This document shows, piece after piece, positions 20,328 to 30,826 of a DNA stretch of 64,000 nt. Source of the stretch: an uncultured Bacteroidales bacterium (GTDB taxonomy: Bacteria > Bacteroidota > Bacteroidia > Bacteroidales > CAIWKO01); assembly GCA_903913285.1 (NCBI GenBank), contig CAIWKO010000022.1, positions 5,230-69,229 on the forward strand. Reading direction: 5' to 3'. A program made the position numbers and the translations under genes. The first letter of the stretch is position 1; every line of letters starts with the position of its first letter. The notes below the pieces were generated by a model that searched no databases, had not been told where the DNA came from, and saw only the letters and a list, made by a program, of their open reading frames with translations.

Positions 20328-22583
20328 GTGAAAATATTTAAGATAAGAATTACCGGATTGGTTCAGGGTGTGGGTTTTAGACCATTCGTTTATCGGATTG
20401 CTTCAAATCTCGGCATTAAAGGGACCATAGAAAACCGAAATGACGGAGTTATTATTGAAATGGAAGGCAATGATTCATTGGTTGAAGTTTTCGTTAGTAC
20501 CATAAAAAAAGATGCTCCTCCCGCTTCGGCTATTGATTCGGTTGAGATTGAAATCATCGGGAAGAAAATCAGATTTGATGATTTCAGTATAATAAAAAGT
20601 ACCAATATTTCGGATTCTATTACCGAAATAAGCCCCGATATTGCAGTTTGCGATGACTGTTTGGCTGATATGACACTTCAACCACACCGTATCTCCTACC
20701 CTTTTATAAATTGCACCAATTGCGGTCCGCGTTTTAGCATTATCCGTGACCTGCCTTACGACCGTAGTAAAACCACCATGGATAACTTTGTGATGTGCGA
20801 AACCTGCCACCATGAATATACAGACGTGGCCGACCGTCGTTTTCATGCTCAACCCGTGGCTTGCAACAATTGCGGCCCGATGTATTCGATTCATTACAAA
20901 GAAACCATAACAAATAATCATGCAGAAGTGTTACAACTTGCTAACGGCCTGCTTAACAACGGGAAAATAGTAGCAATAAAAGGCATGGGGGGCTACTTTA
21001 TAGCTTGCGATGCAGCGAACGAAGATGCCGTTATACGTTTGCGGAAACAAAAGAAACGCGATGCCAAACCTTTTGCGGTGATGTTTTGTGATATAAAAAC
21101 GCTGAAGAAATACACAGTTGTTTCTGATGCTGAAGAAAAGTTAATTTGTTCGTGGCGCCGCCCTATAGTATTGCTCGAACAAACCACTCCATTGGCAACT
21201 TCCGTGAATTATCAACTCGATAAACTCGGGGCATTTCTGCCCTATATGCCATTCCATTATCAGCTTTTTGCAAGTTCGAAACTGGAAGCATTGGTGATGA
21301 CCAGCGGCAACATTTCGGACGAACCTATTATTATTGATGATGCTCCGGCATTAGAAAAACTTTCTTCCATTGCCGATGCAGTGATAACTTATAATCGCGA
21401 TATCTATAACCGTTGTGACGATTCGGTAGCATTTGTAAGCAACGGCAAAACGCAACTCATCCGCCGTTCGCGCGGATATGTTCCCGCACAGATAAATCTG
21501 CCGTTCGATGTTGACAGCATATTTGCCACCGGAGCCGAACTTAAGAACACCTTTTGTTTGGGTAAAAACAATAAAGCCATCATAAGCCAACATATCGGCG
21601 ATTTGAAAAACGCCGAAACTCTCGACTTTTTTGCAGAATCGGCAGAGCGTTTCAAGAAACTATTCCGCTGTCAGCCGAGAACCATTATCAGCGACCTGCA
21701 TCCCGATTATCTTTCTACAAAATACGCTCGCGAAAGCGGACTACGACACATTCAGGTGCAGCATCATCACGCGCATATTGCCTCGTGTATGGCCGAAAAT
21801 GGTATCAACGAGAAAGTTATCGGGGTGAGTTTAGACGGTGTTGGACTTGGCACAGACGGCGCTGTTTGGGGTGGCGAGTTTCTGGTATGTGACTATACTT
21901 CGTTCGAACGCTCCTCGCATTTCAACTATGTGCCCATGCCCGGAGGCGACAAAGCCAGTAAAGAGCCTTGGCGGATGGCTGTTGCATATTTATATCACTA
22001 TTTCGGCAAGGATTTTCTGAAACTCGATATTCCTTTTATAAAAAATCTCGAGCTGCAAAAAACAAAACTTCTTATGCAGGCTATAGATTCAAAAATAAAC
22101 ACTCCTCTCACTTCGAGTTGTGGTCGTTTGTTTGATGCTGTGGCTGCAATTTGCGGTATTTGCGAAAAACAGATTTACGAGGCGCAGGCTGCCATGCAAT
22201 TCGAATCGATGATAGCCGAAAACTGTTCCGAATTTTATTCGTTCGAATCAATATCGACCTTGAGTTTCGAAAATACCATTAAAGATATAGTGCGCGATGT
22301 TCAGCTATTTGTACCTTTAGAAATCATAGCAGCTCGCTTTCACAATACACTTGTAGCGGCAATTGTTGAAACGGTTTTAAAAATCAGTAAGCAGCACAAT
22401 ATTAATATAGTGGCGCTTTCGGGCGGATGTTTCCAAAACCGCTATTTGCTGGAACATACCGTAGATGCTCTTTCACGCAAACAACTTAAGGTTATGATTC
22501 ACGAAAAAGTGCCGGCCAACGACGGTGGGGTTTCGCTTGGGCAACTTACCATTGCTTCCTTTTTAATAAAAGGTAAAAAGTGA
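20328..22583 (+). CDS. hypF: [NiFe] hydrogenase maturation carbamoyltransferase HypF
   Basis: 751 aa with a GTG start. Acylphosphatase-like N-terminus (GLVQGVGFRPFVYRIA), two zinc-finger pairs (CDDC..CTNCGPRFS; CETC..CNNCGPMYS), YrdC-like and Kae1-like C-terminal parts. Confidence 0.93.
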   Translation: MKIFKIRITGLVQGVGFRPFVYRIASNLGIKGTIENRNDGVIIEMEGNDSLVEVFVSTIKKDAPPASAIDSVEIEIIGKKIRFDDFSIIKSTNISDSITEISPDIAVCDDCLADMTLQPHRISYPFINCTNCGPRFSIIRDLPYDRSKTTMDNFVMCETCHHEYTDVADRRFHAQPVACNNCGPMYSIHYKETITNNHAEVLQLANGLLNNGKIVAIKGMGGYFIACDAANEDAVIRLRKQKKRDAKPFAVMFCDIKTLKKYTVVSDAEEKLICSWRRPIVLLEQTTPLATSVNYQLDKLGAFLPYMPFHYQLFASSKLEALVMTSGNISDEPIIIDDAPALEKLSSIADAVITYNRDIYNRCDDSVAFVSNGKTQLIRRSRGYVPAQINLPFDVDSIFATGAELKNTFCLGKNNKAIISQHIGDLKNAETLDFFAESAERFKKLFRCQPRTIISDLHPDYLSTKYARESGLRHIQVQHHHAHIASCMAENGINEKVIGVSLDGVGLGTDGAVWGGEFLVCDYTSFERSSHFNYVPMPGGDKASKEPWRMAVAYLYHYFGKDFLKLDIPFIKNLELQKTKLLMQAIDSKINTPLTSSCGRLFDAVAAICGICEKQIYEAQAAMQFESMIAENCSEFYSFESISTLSFENTIKDIVRDVQLFVPLEIIAARFHNTLVAAIVETVLKISKQHNINIVALSGGCFQNRYLLEHTVDALSRKQLKVMIHEKVPANDGGVSLGQLTIASFLIKGKK

Positions 22584-22658
22584 TATACCTTTTTGCATAC
22601 TCCAAATATTAACTATAAAAGTTTTAAAAGATTCTGTAATTTTGCAAAAACTTCATTT

Positions 22659-22901
22659 ATGTGTTTAAGTGTTCCTGCTGAAATAATATCTGTCGACGGT
22701 CAAATGGCAAAAGCATCGGTGGGTGGCGCCGTTCGCGATATTTCGTTGCAACTGGTCGAAAATATCATCCCTGGCGACTTCGTATTGCTGCATACTGGTT
22801 TTGCTATTGAAAAGATTAGTAAAGAAGAAGCAGAAGAAACCGTTCGTTTGCTTAACGAACTTGGCGAAATAGAAGATGATATGCCTCAATTGAATTATTA
22901 G
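22659..22901 (+). CDS. hypC: Hydrogenase assembly chaperone HypC/HupF family
   Basis: Start moved to the internal ATG at 22659, giving the canonical MCLSVPAEI.. N-terminus (Cys2). 80 aa. Confidence 0.85.
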   Translation: MCLSVPAEIISVDGQMAKASVGGAVRDISLQLVENIIPGDFVLLHTGFAIEKISKEEAEETVRLLNELGEIEDDMPQLNY

Positions 22902-22951
22902 AACCAGCATCATTCCTGCAACGTTTTAAATCCAGACTATATAATCCTTTC

Positions 22952-23512
22952 ATGAAAACCTATGTTTTATTTTTGCGTGCCGTAAATGTTGGAGGTAATA
23001 ATATGATTAAAATGAAAGACTTAATCGTTTGGATGGAGGAACTTAAGTTTAAGAATATCAAGACTTATCTTCAAAGTGGAAATGTGGTCTTTCAATCCTT
23101 TACAAAAGCTGAGCACGAATTAACGCAACTGATCGCCGAAATGATTTTACGCAAAACCAATCTGAATATTGCATGCCAAATTCGTGATGTAGAGGAAATA
23201 ATGCAAATTAACGCCCTGCTCGACCGGCACGAATCTCAAAAATCTCCTGATTCAAATTTGTTCGTAACACTATTATCGGAACAACCCTCAGCAGAAAACA
23301 TTCAAAAACTCAAAGAAGCAAAAACCGATAATGACGTGGTTTACGTTTACGGTCGGGAAGCCATCGTGGAGTGTTTCCAACCCTATCATAAGACAAAACT
23401 TACCAATAATTTGTTCGAAAAGATGCTAAAGGTAAACGCCACCAGCCGAAACGACAAAACCATGAGGGCACTGATGAAAGAAGCAGAATCTGTTAATTCA
23501 ATTATTAATTAG
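22952..23512 (+). CDS. DUF1697 family protein
   Basis: 186 aa. N-terminal MKTYVLFLRAVNVGGNNMIKMKDL matches the DUF1697 hallmark (LLRGINVGG..K.M..L). Confidence 0.75.
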   Translation: MKTYVLFLRAVNVGGNNMIKMKDLIVWMEELKFKNIKTYLQSGNVVFQSFTKAEHELTQLIAEMILRKTNLNIACQIRDVEEIMQINALLDRHESQKSPDSNLFVTLLSEQPSAENIQKLKEAKTDNDVVYVYGREAIVECFQPYHKTKLTNNLFEKMLKVNATSRNDKTMRALMKEAESVNSIIN

Positions 23513-24618
23513 AAAGGTCGGATAGCACGAACATAAAATAAATTGGTTTTAGCAGCCGAATTAATACTATTGGTGCCAAAATCACATGCGAAAGCAAGTG
23601 TTCCGCCATATTCTGTTGAACTCCAGTAATTGCCGGTATTAAATCCTCCTAATCCTTCCATTGCGAGATTCGTGCACATAAGATTTAATTCGCTGTAGGC
23701 AGGTAAATACCAATCGCTGTGGGAACCCAGTACCAAGTCATAGCACAATCTTGCAGCTATACCTGTTGTTGTACACTCTGCGACTATTGTATTAGTGTTG
23801 GCCGCACCCGTGCTGAATGAAGGCACTCCAATATACGTTCCTGAACATCCCCAAACTGTTCCTAAACTTTGGTCCGTAGAAGCACAAACCAAACCATGGC
23901 CGTTGCCATCATTATAAAAAACAAGCCCACCCGCTGTCGCAGTTCCTATCGTATAGCCTGTCACTAGTGTTACCTGATTTCCGTATCCAGTTCCAGTGCT
24001 GTTGGTAGCATATGCTCTCACGTAATAGGTTGTATTAGGTGATAAACCGTTGATGGTTGCTGTAAATGAAGTTGTGTGGTTGTCGGATATGGTCGGGAGT
24101 TGAGAAGTACTCCAACATAATCCTTCGTCGATTACAGCGCTGCTTCCCTCATTAGTAACACTGCCATTCCCTACAGCCGAAGTGCCGTTTACATTGCTGA
24201 AAGTTGAAGAAGTAACAACAACCGGAACACCGGTTGGGGTAAAACTAACCACCTCGCCATAGCTAAATCCGGCGCTGTTATATGCGTAGGCCCTAACGTA
24301 GTATGTAATTCCCTGAGCCACGCCGGTTATATTGCTTGTATATTCGCCGGTGCCGCGACCGTCAAATGTCATCCTATCGTTGGTATTAGGTGTAGTATTG
24401 ACCTCACTCCAACAAACACCTCTCCTAACCGTATCCTCTCCGCCATCGGAGGTTACATTACCACCGCATGTTGCCGATGTAAGCGTTATATTTGTAATTG
24501 GCGCTGTTGTTACAACCGGAAGTGTGGCTTTTTCTTTCTTTTTACATCCGTACGAAAGTAAAAACATGCATCCCGCTGCTATCAATGCGAAAATCAAAAA
24601 TCGGTTCTTCATTTTCAT
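23509..24618 (-). CDS. Surface lipoprotein with repeated Ig/Fn3-like modules and a DUF1566 (Lcl C-terminal-like) domain
   Basis: 369 aa. Lipoprotein signal (..LLSYGC). Three similar modules (..TSATCGGNVTSDGG..CWS..YYVRAYA.N). C-terminal GGLVFY..HGLV.A..D..WYLP...EL...YWSSTE. Confidence 0.7.
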   Translation of the reverse strand: MKMKNRFLIFALIAAGCMFLLSYGCKKKEKATLPVVTTAPITNITLTSATCGGNVTSDGGEDTVRRGVCWSEVNTTPNTNDRMTFDGRGTGEYTSNITGVAQGITYYVRAYAYNSAGFSYGEVVSFTPTGVPVVVTSSTFSNVNGTSAVGNGSVTNEGSSAVIDEGLCWSTSQLPTISDNHTTSFTATINGLSPNTTYYVRAYATNSTGTGYGNQVTLVTGYTIGTATAGGLVFYNDGNGHGLVCASTDQSLGTVWGCSGTYIGVPSFSTGAANTNTIVAECTTTGIAARLCYDLVLGSHSDWYLPAYSELNLMCTNLAMEGLGGFNTGNYWSSTEYGGTLAFACDFGTNSINSAAKTNLFYVRAIRPF

Positions 24619-24908
24619 AATTTATAATATTTATAATGAATGGTTCATTACCGCCTGTCTCCGATTAATTGGCGCATCAACCTCATTATTATTAATTTTC
24701 AAATGTAGTTATTTTTTGGAAATAAAAATATTTATAGGGAAAAGATTAAAAAGGTAAATAATATTGATTGGTGCCCTTCGATTGCGCTGAGAGTAAAATT
24801 AGCGATTTGAATGGGTATTTAGGGGTTTAATCTTTTAGACTGTAGGAAACTTCGGGATATAATTTACAACTTAGGGCTTCTAATTTTTCAATGTTCATTG
24901 TTATCTTT

Positions 24909-26354
24909 TCATTCTTTCACAAACTTCCCATCCTCAATAAACCTTCCCTTATCCCAGATTTTATAAAAATACATCCCGTTTGCGAACTTGCTAATATCAA
25001 TAGTGTTTAAACCTTGTTTTAAAACAGTTTCGGTTTGCAGTTGGCCGTTTATATTATAAATTTTGATGTCGGGATTCTTATATAATCCAGTTCCAAAATT
25101 AATATAATTATTGGCAGGGTTGGGATATACCAATATCTGTTTATCGCTGACATTGATGTTTTCATTTATTCCTGTGGCTATATTACCATTTTTATCGGAT
25201 TTAACAACTATAACATTCGATTGAAAATTACTTCCATCAAAATAATATGCATAAATAACACATCCCCCATCGTAAGTGGCTGAAATTGCTTCATCATTAA
25301 TATAATAAGCAATATGAAAATACTTTTGCCAGAATACGTTTCCATTTTTATCCATTTTCACAAATAAAATACATCTATTTGTAGAATCATAATGTATAGC
25401 GGGTGCACAATAATAGAGTGTATCAGGATTAATAAATGACATAAAATCCCGGAATTGAGTTACGAAATTATCAAACACATGAGTAACAATAACTATACTA
25501 TCAACTATTACTGCATTTCTTGTGCGCTTGTATATTCCGGAATATGTTTCCTGCCATGGCATACCCCCATCCGATATACTAAAAACATTTTCAAAATAAA
25601 TACTATCATTATATTTCAAAGTATTATTAAAAGTAATATTAATAGGATTAACTCTCGAAGAAATTGTATCAAAACTGTTGAAAGAATAATCAGTCTTTAT
25701 ATTCCAATTAAAAGATTCAATAATATAACCGCTGTCGATAGGCATTTCAACCATACTAACCTTTAACACCTCACTTTCCGCACCGCCATCGCCAAATCCT
25801 GTATTTACTTTTTTTATTAAATTATAATTACTGTCAGTCTCGTAAATTTTAAAATCATACCATTCACTAGTATAAACTCCGGTCAAAAAAATATGCTGCC
25901 CCTTTTTATTAGTAATATGCCAGATTAGATATTCATTTGGTAGCAAAGTGTCAATAATCGATTCTTTAATTGTCTGTATACTTGTATCAAATACTCTTGT
26001 ATAAAGATAATTATTATTGCTATCGTGTAAAAGTGTGTAATACAATAAATTGTTTTTATCTTTTTCAATACCTGACTGTGAAGTATTTACTTTACCATAT
26101 ATTGAATCAATAATTACACTGTCAACTTTATTTCCTTGTTCATCTAGTTCAATTATTGCCATGTAATTTACCGTATTAGTTTGTGTATTAGCACTTGTCA
26201 AGGTCAAATAATAATGATTGTTTATTCCTTCTCTCAATCCATCACAATAATTTTCCTGATCATTGTTTGTAATATTCTTTACAAAATTCTGGGCATTAGT
26301 ATTTATTGCATTGCCAATTATAAGTAAAAACATAATAAAATATTTTTTCTTCAT
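24909..26354 (-). CDS. T9SS type A sorting-domain (CTD) secreted protein, function unknown
   Basis: 481 aa. Signal peptide and a C-terminal ..VYPNPANNYINF..GMYFYKI.. motif typical of Por secretion-tail domains. Confidence 0.8.
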   Translation of the reverse strand: MKKKYFIMFLLIIGNAINTNAQNFVKNITNNDQENYCDGLREGINNHYYLTLTSANTQTNTVNYMAIIELDEQGNKVDSVIIDSIYGKVNTSQSGIEKDKNNLLYYTLLHDSNNNYLYTRVFDTSIQTIKESIIDTLLPNEYLIWHITNKKGQHIFLTGVYTSEWYDFKIYETDSNYNLIKKVNTGFGDGGAESEVLKVSMVEMPIDSGYIIESFNWNIKTDYSFNSFDTISSRVNPINITFNNTLKYNDSIYFENVFSISDGGMPWQETYSGIYKRTRNAVIVDSIVIVTHVFDNFVTQFRDFMSFINPDTLYYCAPAIHYDSTNRCILFVKMDKNGNVFWQKYFHIAYYINDEAISATYDGGCVIYAYYFDGSNFQSNVIVVKSDKNGNIATGINENINVSDKQILVYPNPANNYINFGTGLYKNPDIKIYNINGQLQTETVLKQGLNTIDISKFANGMYFYKIWDKGRFIEDGKFVKE

Positions 26355-26425
26355 TTTTTCACGTTTTAATAAACAAATGGAACTTAATTCTTATAAGTTC
26401 CATTTGTTGCTGTGAATTATTTTTT

Positions 26426-27871
26426 TTACCGTGGCATACCATCTGTACAATAAATTTCATGCACGATATAATGAATAATATGACTAACGATATATTGATC
26501 TGGATATCCTGAACCAGAAGGAACAACGCCCCAACCACCATATAAAACCCATGTAGTAATAATTTGATTTGGAGGTAATGAATTTGCCAAGATATTATAA
26601 AGGTATCTGGCTCCATCCAAATATAAATTAACATCACTAACATACCAATTAAGATTTGGTGCGCCATAAGTATTAGAAAAAAACAATTTCTGCATTGATC
26701 CCCACGTACCATATTGTCCAGTAATCGGATCCGTTATGTAGACACCACCATCGATATGAGCATTTTGTATTTCAGCACCTAACTCTAAATCACCTCCATT
26801 TGGACAATTGAAAGCTATATGATTATTAATAAAAATTTTGTCATTTATTAATTTTGCACCATCAGGCGCTGTTATACCAGCATAAGGATTATTTACTGCT
26901 TGTATAGGATTTGGAAAAATAGAATTATAGTGAAAACCGCTTACATCTCCTGTCCATTGAGTTCCTACATTATATTTTCCTGTATTTCTTCCTGTAAGAA
27001 AATCTGCATCAAGTGTAATGTTCTTTATTGCACCTATATTTGGTCTTCCAAAATCTATTCCTCGATCATTAATATTATAGGATCGTAATTTCGACCAATC
27101 ATCCTGCAAGCCTGCATTATTACAATTGCAAGAGTTACCAACCGAAGCTATCTTACCATTTATAGGGTTAAAGTTATTAATGGCCGTTAATTTCAGTTTC
27201 TGCACCCATCCATAAATCACCTTTCCTGCTCCAACTGCCAAACTTGCAGTCAAAGCAGTAACAAAATCAGGTCCTGCCATTTTGGGTGGTTCTGCTTCTC
27301 CGGTAAAGTAATCTCCTTTAAAACAAAAATATATAGTTGCCTGCATGGTTGCTGATACCCAAAAAGGAACATTAGCAATATTCACAGCAGCATTACTATT
27401 AAAATAGGTTTGCCATCCGCTTTCTGCATCGGTTATCTGTGCCATCCAATAAGTATAATTTGCCAAACCTACGCTTGTCGCAAAAAATAATGGCATTTTT
27501 TGCTCTTGGCTAAGTTTCGATTTTGTTATATTATCTTCAATATTTGCAATATACTGAGGAATATCAAGGGGAGCAATTTTTTTAATACCATGAATCAACA
27601 AATTTACAAAATTCACTTGTCCTGAAATTGCACCTAAGCTTTCATTGTTTATATAGGCATTTTGAGCAATAGTAAATATTGAGGCTAATTCAACATCTTC
27701 CAAAACTATTTTGGTTTTATCATCATAATTAAATGATTTTTTTATAAAACCACATATTACTGAATTTAGATTATCAGGGCTACTGGTATAGTTTACAATA
27801 ATACTCTCCATACCTTGTACATGTAACTCACCTATTTTGGGGTAGGGATTAATTAAATCTTGTTCTGCCAT
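26426..27871 (-). CDS. Hypothetical protein, long paralog (shared ~225-aa N-domain plus unique ~255-aa C-domain)
   Basis: 481-aa ORF. The N-terminal half aligns with the adjacent 234-aa ORF. No signal peptide. Hydrophobic/Gly-rich GPDFVTALTASLAVGAGKVIYGW segment. Confidence 0.7.
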   Translation of the reverse strand: MAEQDLINPYPKIGELHVQGMESIIVNYTSSPDNLNSVICGFIKKSFNYDDKTKIVLEDVELASIFTIAQNAYINNESLGAISGQVNFVNLLIHGIKKIAPLDIPQYIANIEDNITKSKLSQEQKMPLFFATSVGLANYTYWMAQITDAESGWQTYFNSNAAVNIANVPFWVSATMQATIYFCFKGDYFTGEAEPPKMAGPDFVTALTASLAVGAGKVIYGWVQKLKLTAINNFNPINGKIASVGNSCNCNNAGLQDDWSKLRSYNINDRGIDFGRPNIGAIKNITLDADFLTGRNTGKYNVGTQWTGDVSGFHYNSIFPNPIQAVNNPYAGITAPDGAKLINDKIFINNHIAFNCPNGGDLELGAEIQNAHIDGGVYITDPITGQYGTWGSMQKLFFSNTYGAPNLNWYVSDVNLYLDGARYLYNILANSLPPNQIITTWVLYGGWGVVPSGSGYPDQYIVSHIIHYIVHEIYCTDGMPR

Positions 27872-27894
27872 AGTAGTATGTATTAAATGATTTT

Positions 27895-28599
27895 TTAGCG
27901 TAAATACATACCGCCCAAATTTATTTTAGGCACCCATCCGTAGATCACTTTTCCTGCACCCACTGCCAAACTTGCTGTTAAAGCTGTAACAAAATCAGGT
28001 CCTGCCATTTTTGGTGGTTCGCCTTCTCCGGTAAAATAATTGCCTTTAAAGCAAAAATAAAGTGTTGCTTGTATAGCTGCCGATACCCAATTTGGCACAT
28101 TAGCAATATTAACTGCTGCATTGCTGTTAAAATAGTCTTGCCAATCACTACCTGTATCGGCAATTGCTGCCATCCAGTAATTATAATTTGCTAATCCAAT
28201 ACTTGTAGCAAAAAATAACGGCATTTTTCCTTTCTGGCATAAATTCGATTTCGAAATATTATCTTCAATATCTGCAATATATTTAGGAATATCTAATGGA
28301 GGTATATTTTTTATTCCATTAACTAAAAGATTGATAAAAGTAGATTGTTGACTCGAAAGTCCGCTTATTTCATTATTTATATATGCATTTTGAGCAATCG
28401 TAAATATTGATGATAATTCTACATCCTCCAAAACAGGCACTGAACTTGTTTTATAAGCGAAAACTCTTTTTATATAAGTGCAAATTACGGTATTTAAATT
28501 ATCTGGGCTGCTGGTATAATCTGCAATAACAGCGTCCAATCCATCAGTGTGTAGTCCACCAATGGAAGAATATGGATTTATTATAATTGGTTGTGACAT
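27895..28599 (-). CDS. Hypothetical protein, short paralog of the N-domain of 26426..27871
   Basis: 234-aa ORF, roughly two-thirds identical by eye to residues 1-225 of the downstream gene. 23-nt intergenic gap. Confidence 0.7.
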   Translation of the reverse strand: MSQPIIINPYSSIGGLHTDGLDAVIADYTSSPDNLNTVICTYIKRVFAYKTSSVPVLEDVELSSIFTIAQNAYINNEISGLSSQQSTFINLLVNGIKNIPPLDIPKYIADIEDNISKSNLCQKGKMPLFFATSIGLANYNYWMAAIADTGSDWQDYFNSNAAVNIANVPNWVSAAIQATLYFCFKGNYFTGEGEPPKMAGPDFVTALTASLAVGAGKVIYGWVPKINLGGMYLR

Positions 28600-28999
28600 T
28601 GTATTTAAAATTTATTGTTTTTGATTATTAATTATTTTTTTAGCCATTATTTCCACACACATTCTTTAGTTAAGAATGTGTGCCATACGCATAGCCATCA
28701 TCATAAAAATAAAAGTAAAAACGGAAAAAGGATATTTTCATAATCAAATAAATTACAAATCAAACAATCTCTTTTCCTTGAACACGCTCACGTGTATAAA
28801 ACTCAAATGTATCCGGTCAATTTGTGAGTCCTGAAAAACTCCAGTTTAATTGTCGCGAAGGAAGTAATCTATCAACGTGCAATATTATAATTTATTTTTT
28901 TTAGCACGTTATTTTTTATTTATTTAAAAATTAATAATTGTAAATTAATGTCCAAACTCTAAATTATTCACTATTATCTATTATCTATTCTCTATTAAC

Positions 29000-29926
29000 T
29001 CAAACCGGAACTCTTTCCATCAAAACTTCCACCTGTTCTATATGTCCCCGTTTCACAAAAATTATCATCTGTTTTGTAACATAACCCACTTTCGTAAATT
29101 CAACATGGTAGGTTCCGCTAACTATTTTCGAAATTCCGCACAAACCGTAAACATTGGTTGTTGCTATTAGGTTCAGTTCCAAAATTTTCATCTCTGCATC
29201 TTGTATTGCATTGGTCAAAGCACCTGGTATTGGGTTAGCTTCAGCAACCAATGCCAAAATCCCGTTATGTCTTATTCCTTCAGCTTCCACAGCCATGCAA
29301 TCTCTCAGTTCTTTCACCAGCAATGGTTTTGTTAGCTTATATTCCCCGTAAAAATAATCATACATATTTTCCATTGCGGCTTCTGTAGTTTTAAAAGCTT
29401 CAATCAAACTCGTTGTGCCTTCAATTTTTTTAGTTTCTCTTGCCGCTGGTGGATTCAATTGTGCAATATCGAAAGCCTTTATACTATCGTCCATTGCAGT
29501 AATATCAGCCGGTTTAACATTCGGAAATAATTTACCAACTCCCGCATTGTCCGAAAGCACTTTTCGTATATCTCGTGCCCGGCTCAATGCATCTGCATTT
29601 GCTGCCCTATAAATAAAAGTCACTTCATGTTTTAATTGCTTGGTAATTTCTTTGTTTTTTGCCTTGCGTGCTTTCGGTATTGCCTTGTGGGCTACCTGTA
29701 TAACAGTTTCAGCCATTGTTTTCTTGGCATCCACTGTATCCTCCGTTATACCCTTTGTGTTATGCGTTTGTATATCTTCTGCCGCTAATATTACAGCCAA
29801 ACCGCTATCCATATCCGTAATTTCATCGGCATATCCGTCTATGGCAGCCACATCAGCAGCATTATCAGTATTGAATTTCTTTACTTTTAAAATGTTTAAC
29901 AGTTTTGATCTCAAATAATTTAACAT
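29000..29926 (-). CDS. Hypothetical protein with a carboxypeptidase-regulatory-like C-terminal beta domain
   Basis: 308-aa ORF. The C-terminus (..GTYHVEFTKVGYVTKQMIIFVKRGHIEQVEVLM) resembles CarboxypepD_reg folds. No signal peptide. Isolated between long AT-rich spacers. Confidence 0.55.
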   Translation of the reverse strand: MLNYLRSKLLNILKVKKFNTDNAADVAAIDGYADEITDMDSGLAVILAAEDIQTHNTKGITEDTVDAKKTMAETVIQVAHKAIPKARKAKNKEITKQLKHEVTFIYRAANADALSRARDIRKVLSDNAGVGKLFPNVKPADITAMDDSIKAFDIAQLNPPAARETKKIEGTTSLIEAFKTTEAAMENMYDYFYGEYKLTKPLLVKELRDCMAVEAEGIRHNGILALVAEANPIPGALTNAIQDAEMKILELNLIATTNVYGLCGISKIVSGTYHVEFTKVGYVTKQMIIFVKRGHIEQVEVLMERVPV

Positions 29927-30430
29927 GGCTTTAAAATTTAATAATTTTACAAAACTTAATTATTTAACAACGGTATTATATAACATTTTATTACGTTGCG
30001 ATTGCAATATTAAAAATAATAATCGAAATAAAAAAATTTTTTTAAGTATTTTTTTATTATTCTTTTAAAAAAATTCAATAAAGTTTTTCTTTTACCATAT
30101 AGTATTGCTTTTTATTCTTATACCATCAATAACAAACTTTATATCGGTCTAACTATATTGGGTCATTATTTTATAAATCCGTCAGATAATCTTGAAATTT
30201 TAAATTTGTTATGTTCAATGTATACGTAACTAAAAGCACATCCATTTCTTCGTATAATCCTTTTTCCCATCAAATAAATTCTTTTCTGGCTTTTTCTTCC
30301 TTCAGGAGAAGAGGCAAAGAACCGACCGAAGGGAGCTCAGCGAAGCTAAAAGGCAGAAAAGAATTTTGCCAATTTTAAATCCATCCAATTTCCATTTTCA
30401 AAACTTGTCCGCTTTTAGCGGATTTTCAAA

Positions 30431-30826
30431 TTTCGTCTCCCGGAGTCTGGGCTCTTCCTCCTGAGGTACGGCTTCAATCTCCGGGCATCCGGTCTCAATC
30501 TCCAGGCATTCGATGTCTTTCTCCGGGCATCGGGGCTTAATCTCCGGCCATTTAATCACAATATCCTGTCATGTATTCAAAATCTCCCGTTATCTAAACT
30601 CAATCTCCGGCCATCCACCTTTAATCTCCTGCCATTCACCTTTAATCTCCGGACATCGGGCTTTAGTCTCCGGCCATCAAAACTCAATCTCCAGGCATCA
30701 GGAGTTCTTCTCCTGAGCTCGGGTCTTTATCTCCGGGCATCTAATGTCAATCTCCTGCCATTGAGTTTCAATCTCCTGCCATCAGGCTTCAATCTCCTGC
30801 CATACGATGTCAATCTTTTGTCCCTT
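30431..30826. repeat. About 19-unit degenerate tandem array, period ~21 bp (consensus TCAATCTCC[G/T]G[C/G]CAT + ~6 variable nt)
   Basis: Units read directly, e.g. tcaatctccgggcatccggtc, tcaatctccaggcattcgatgtc, taatctcctgccattcacctt, tcaatctcctgccattgagtt, tcaatctcctgccatcaggct, tcaatctcctgccatacgatg. No spacers between units. Confidence 0.85.

Noticed and set aside
26359-26712. 117-aa minus-strand ORF overlapping the 3' end of 26426..27871 in another frame. Similarly 30902..31213, which overlaps the 3' end of the radical SAM gene.
   Set aside because: They overlap longer ORFs that have paralog or family support. Their composition is odd (Met/Ile/Leu-rich or Arg/Pro-rich) and there is no independent start context.
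30431-30826. Possible CRISPR array (also considered for the arrays at 237-487 and 42677-42844).
   Set aside because: Units are contiguous, with only a 6-8 nt variable tail and no 25-40 nt unique spacers. The repeats are degenerate rather than conserved, and no cas genes are in the window.
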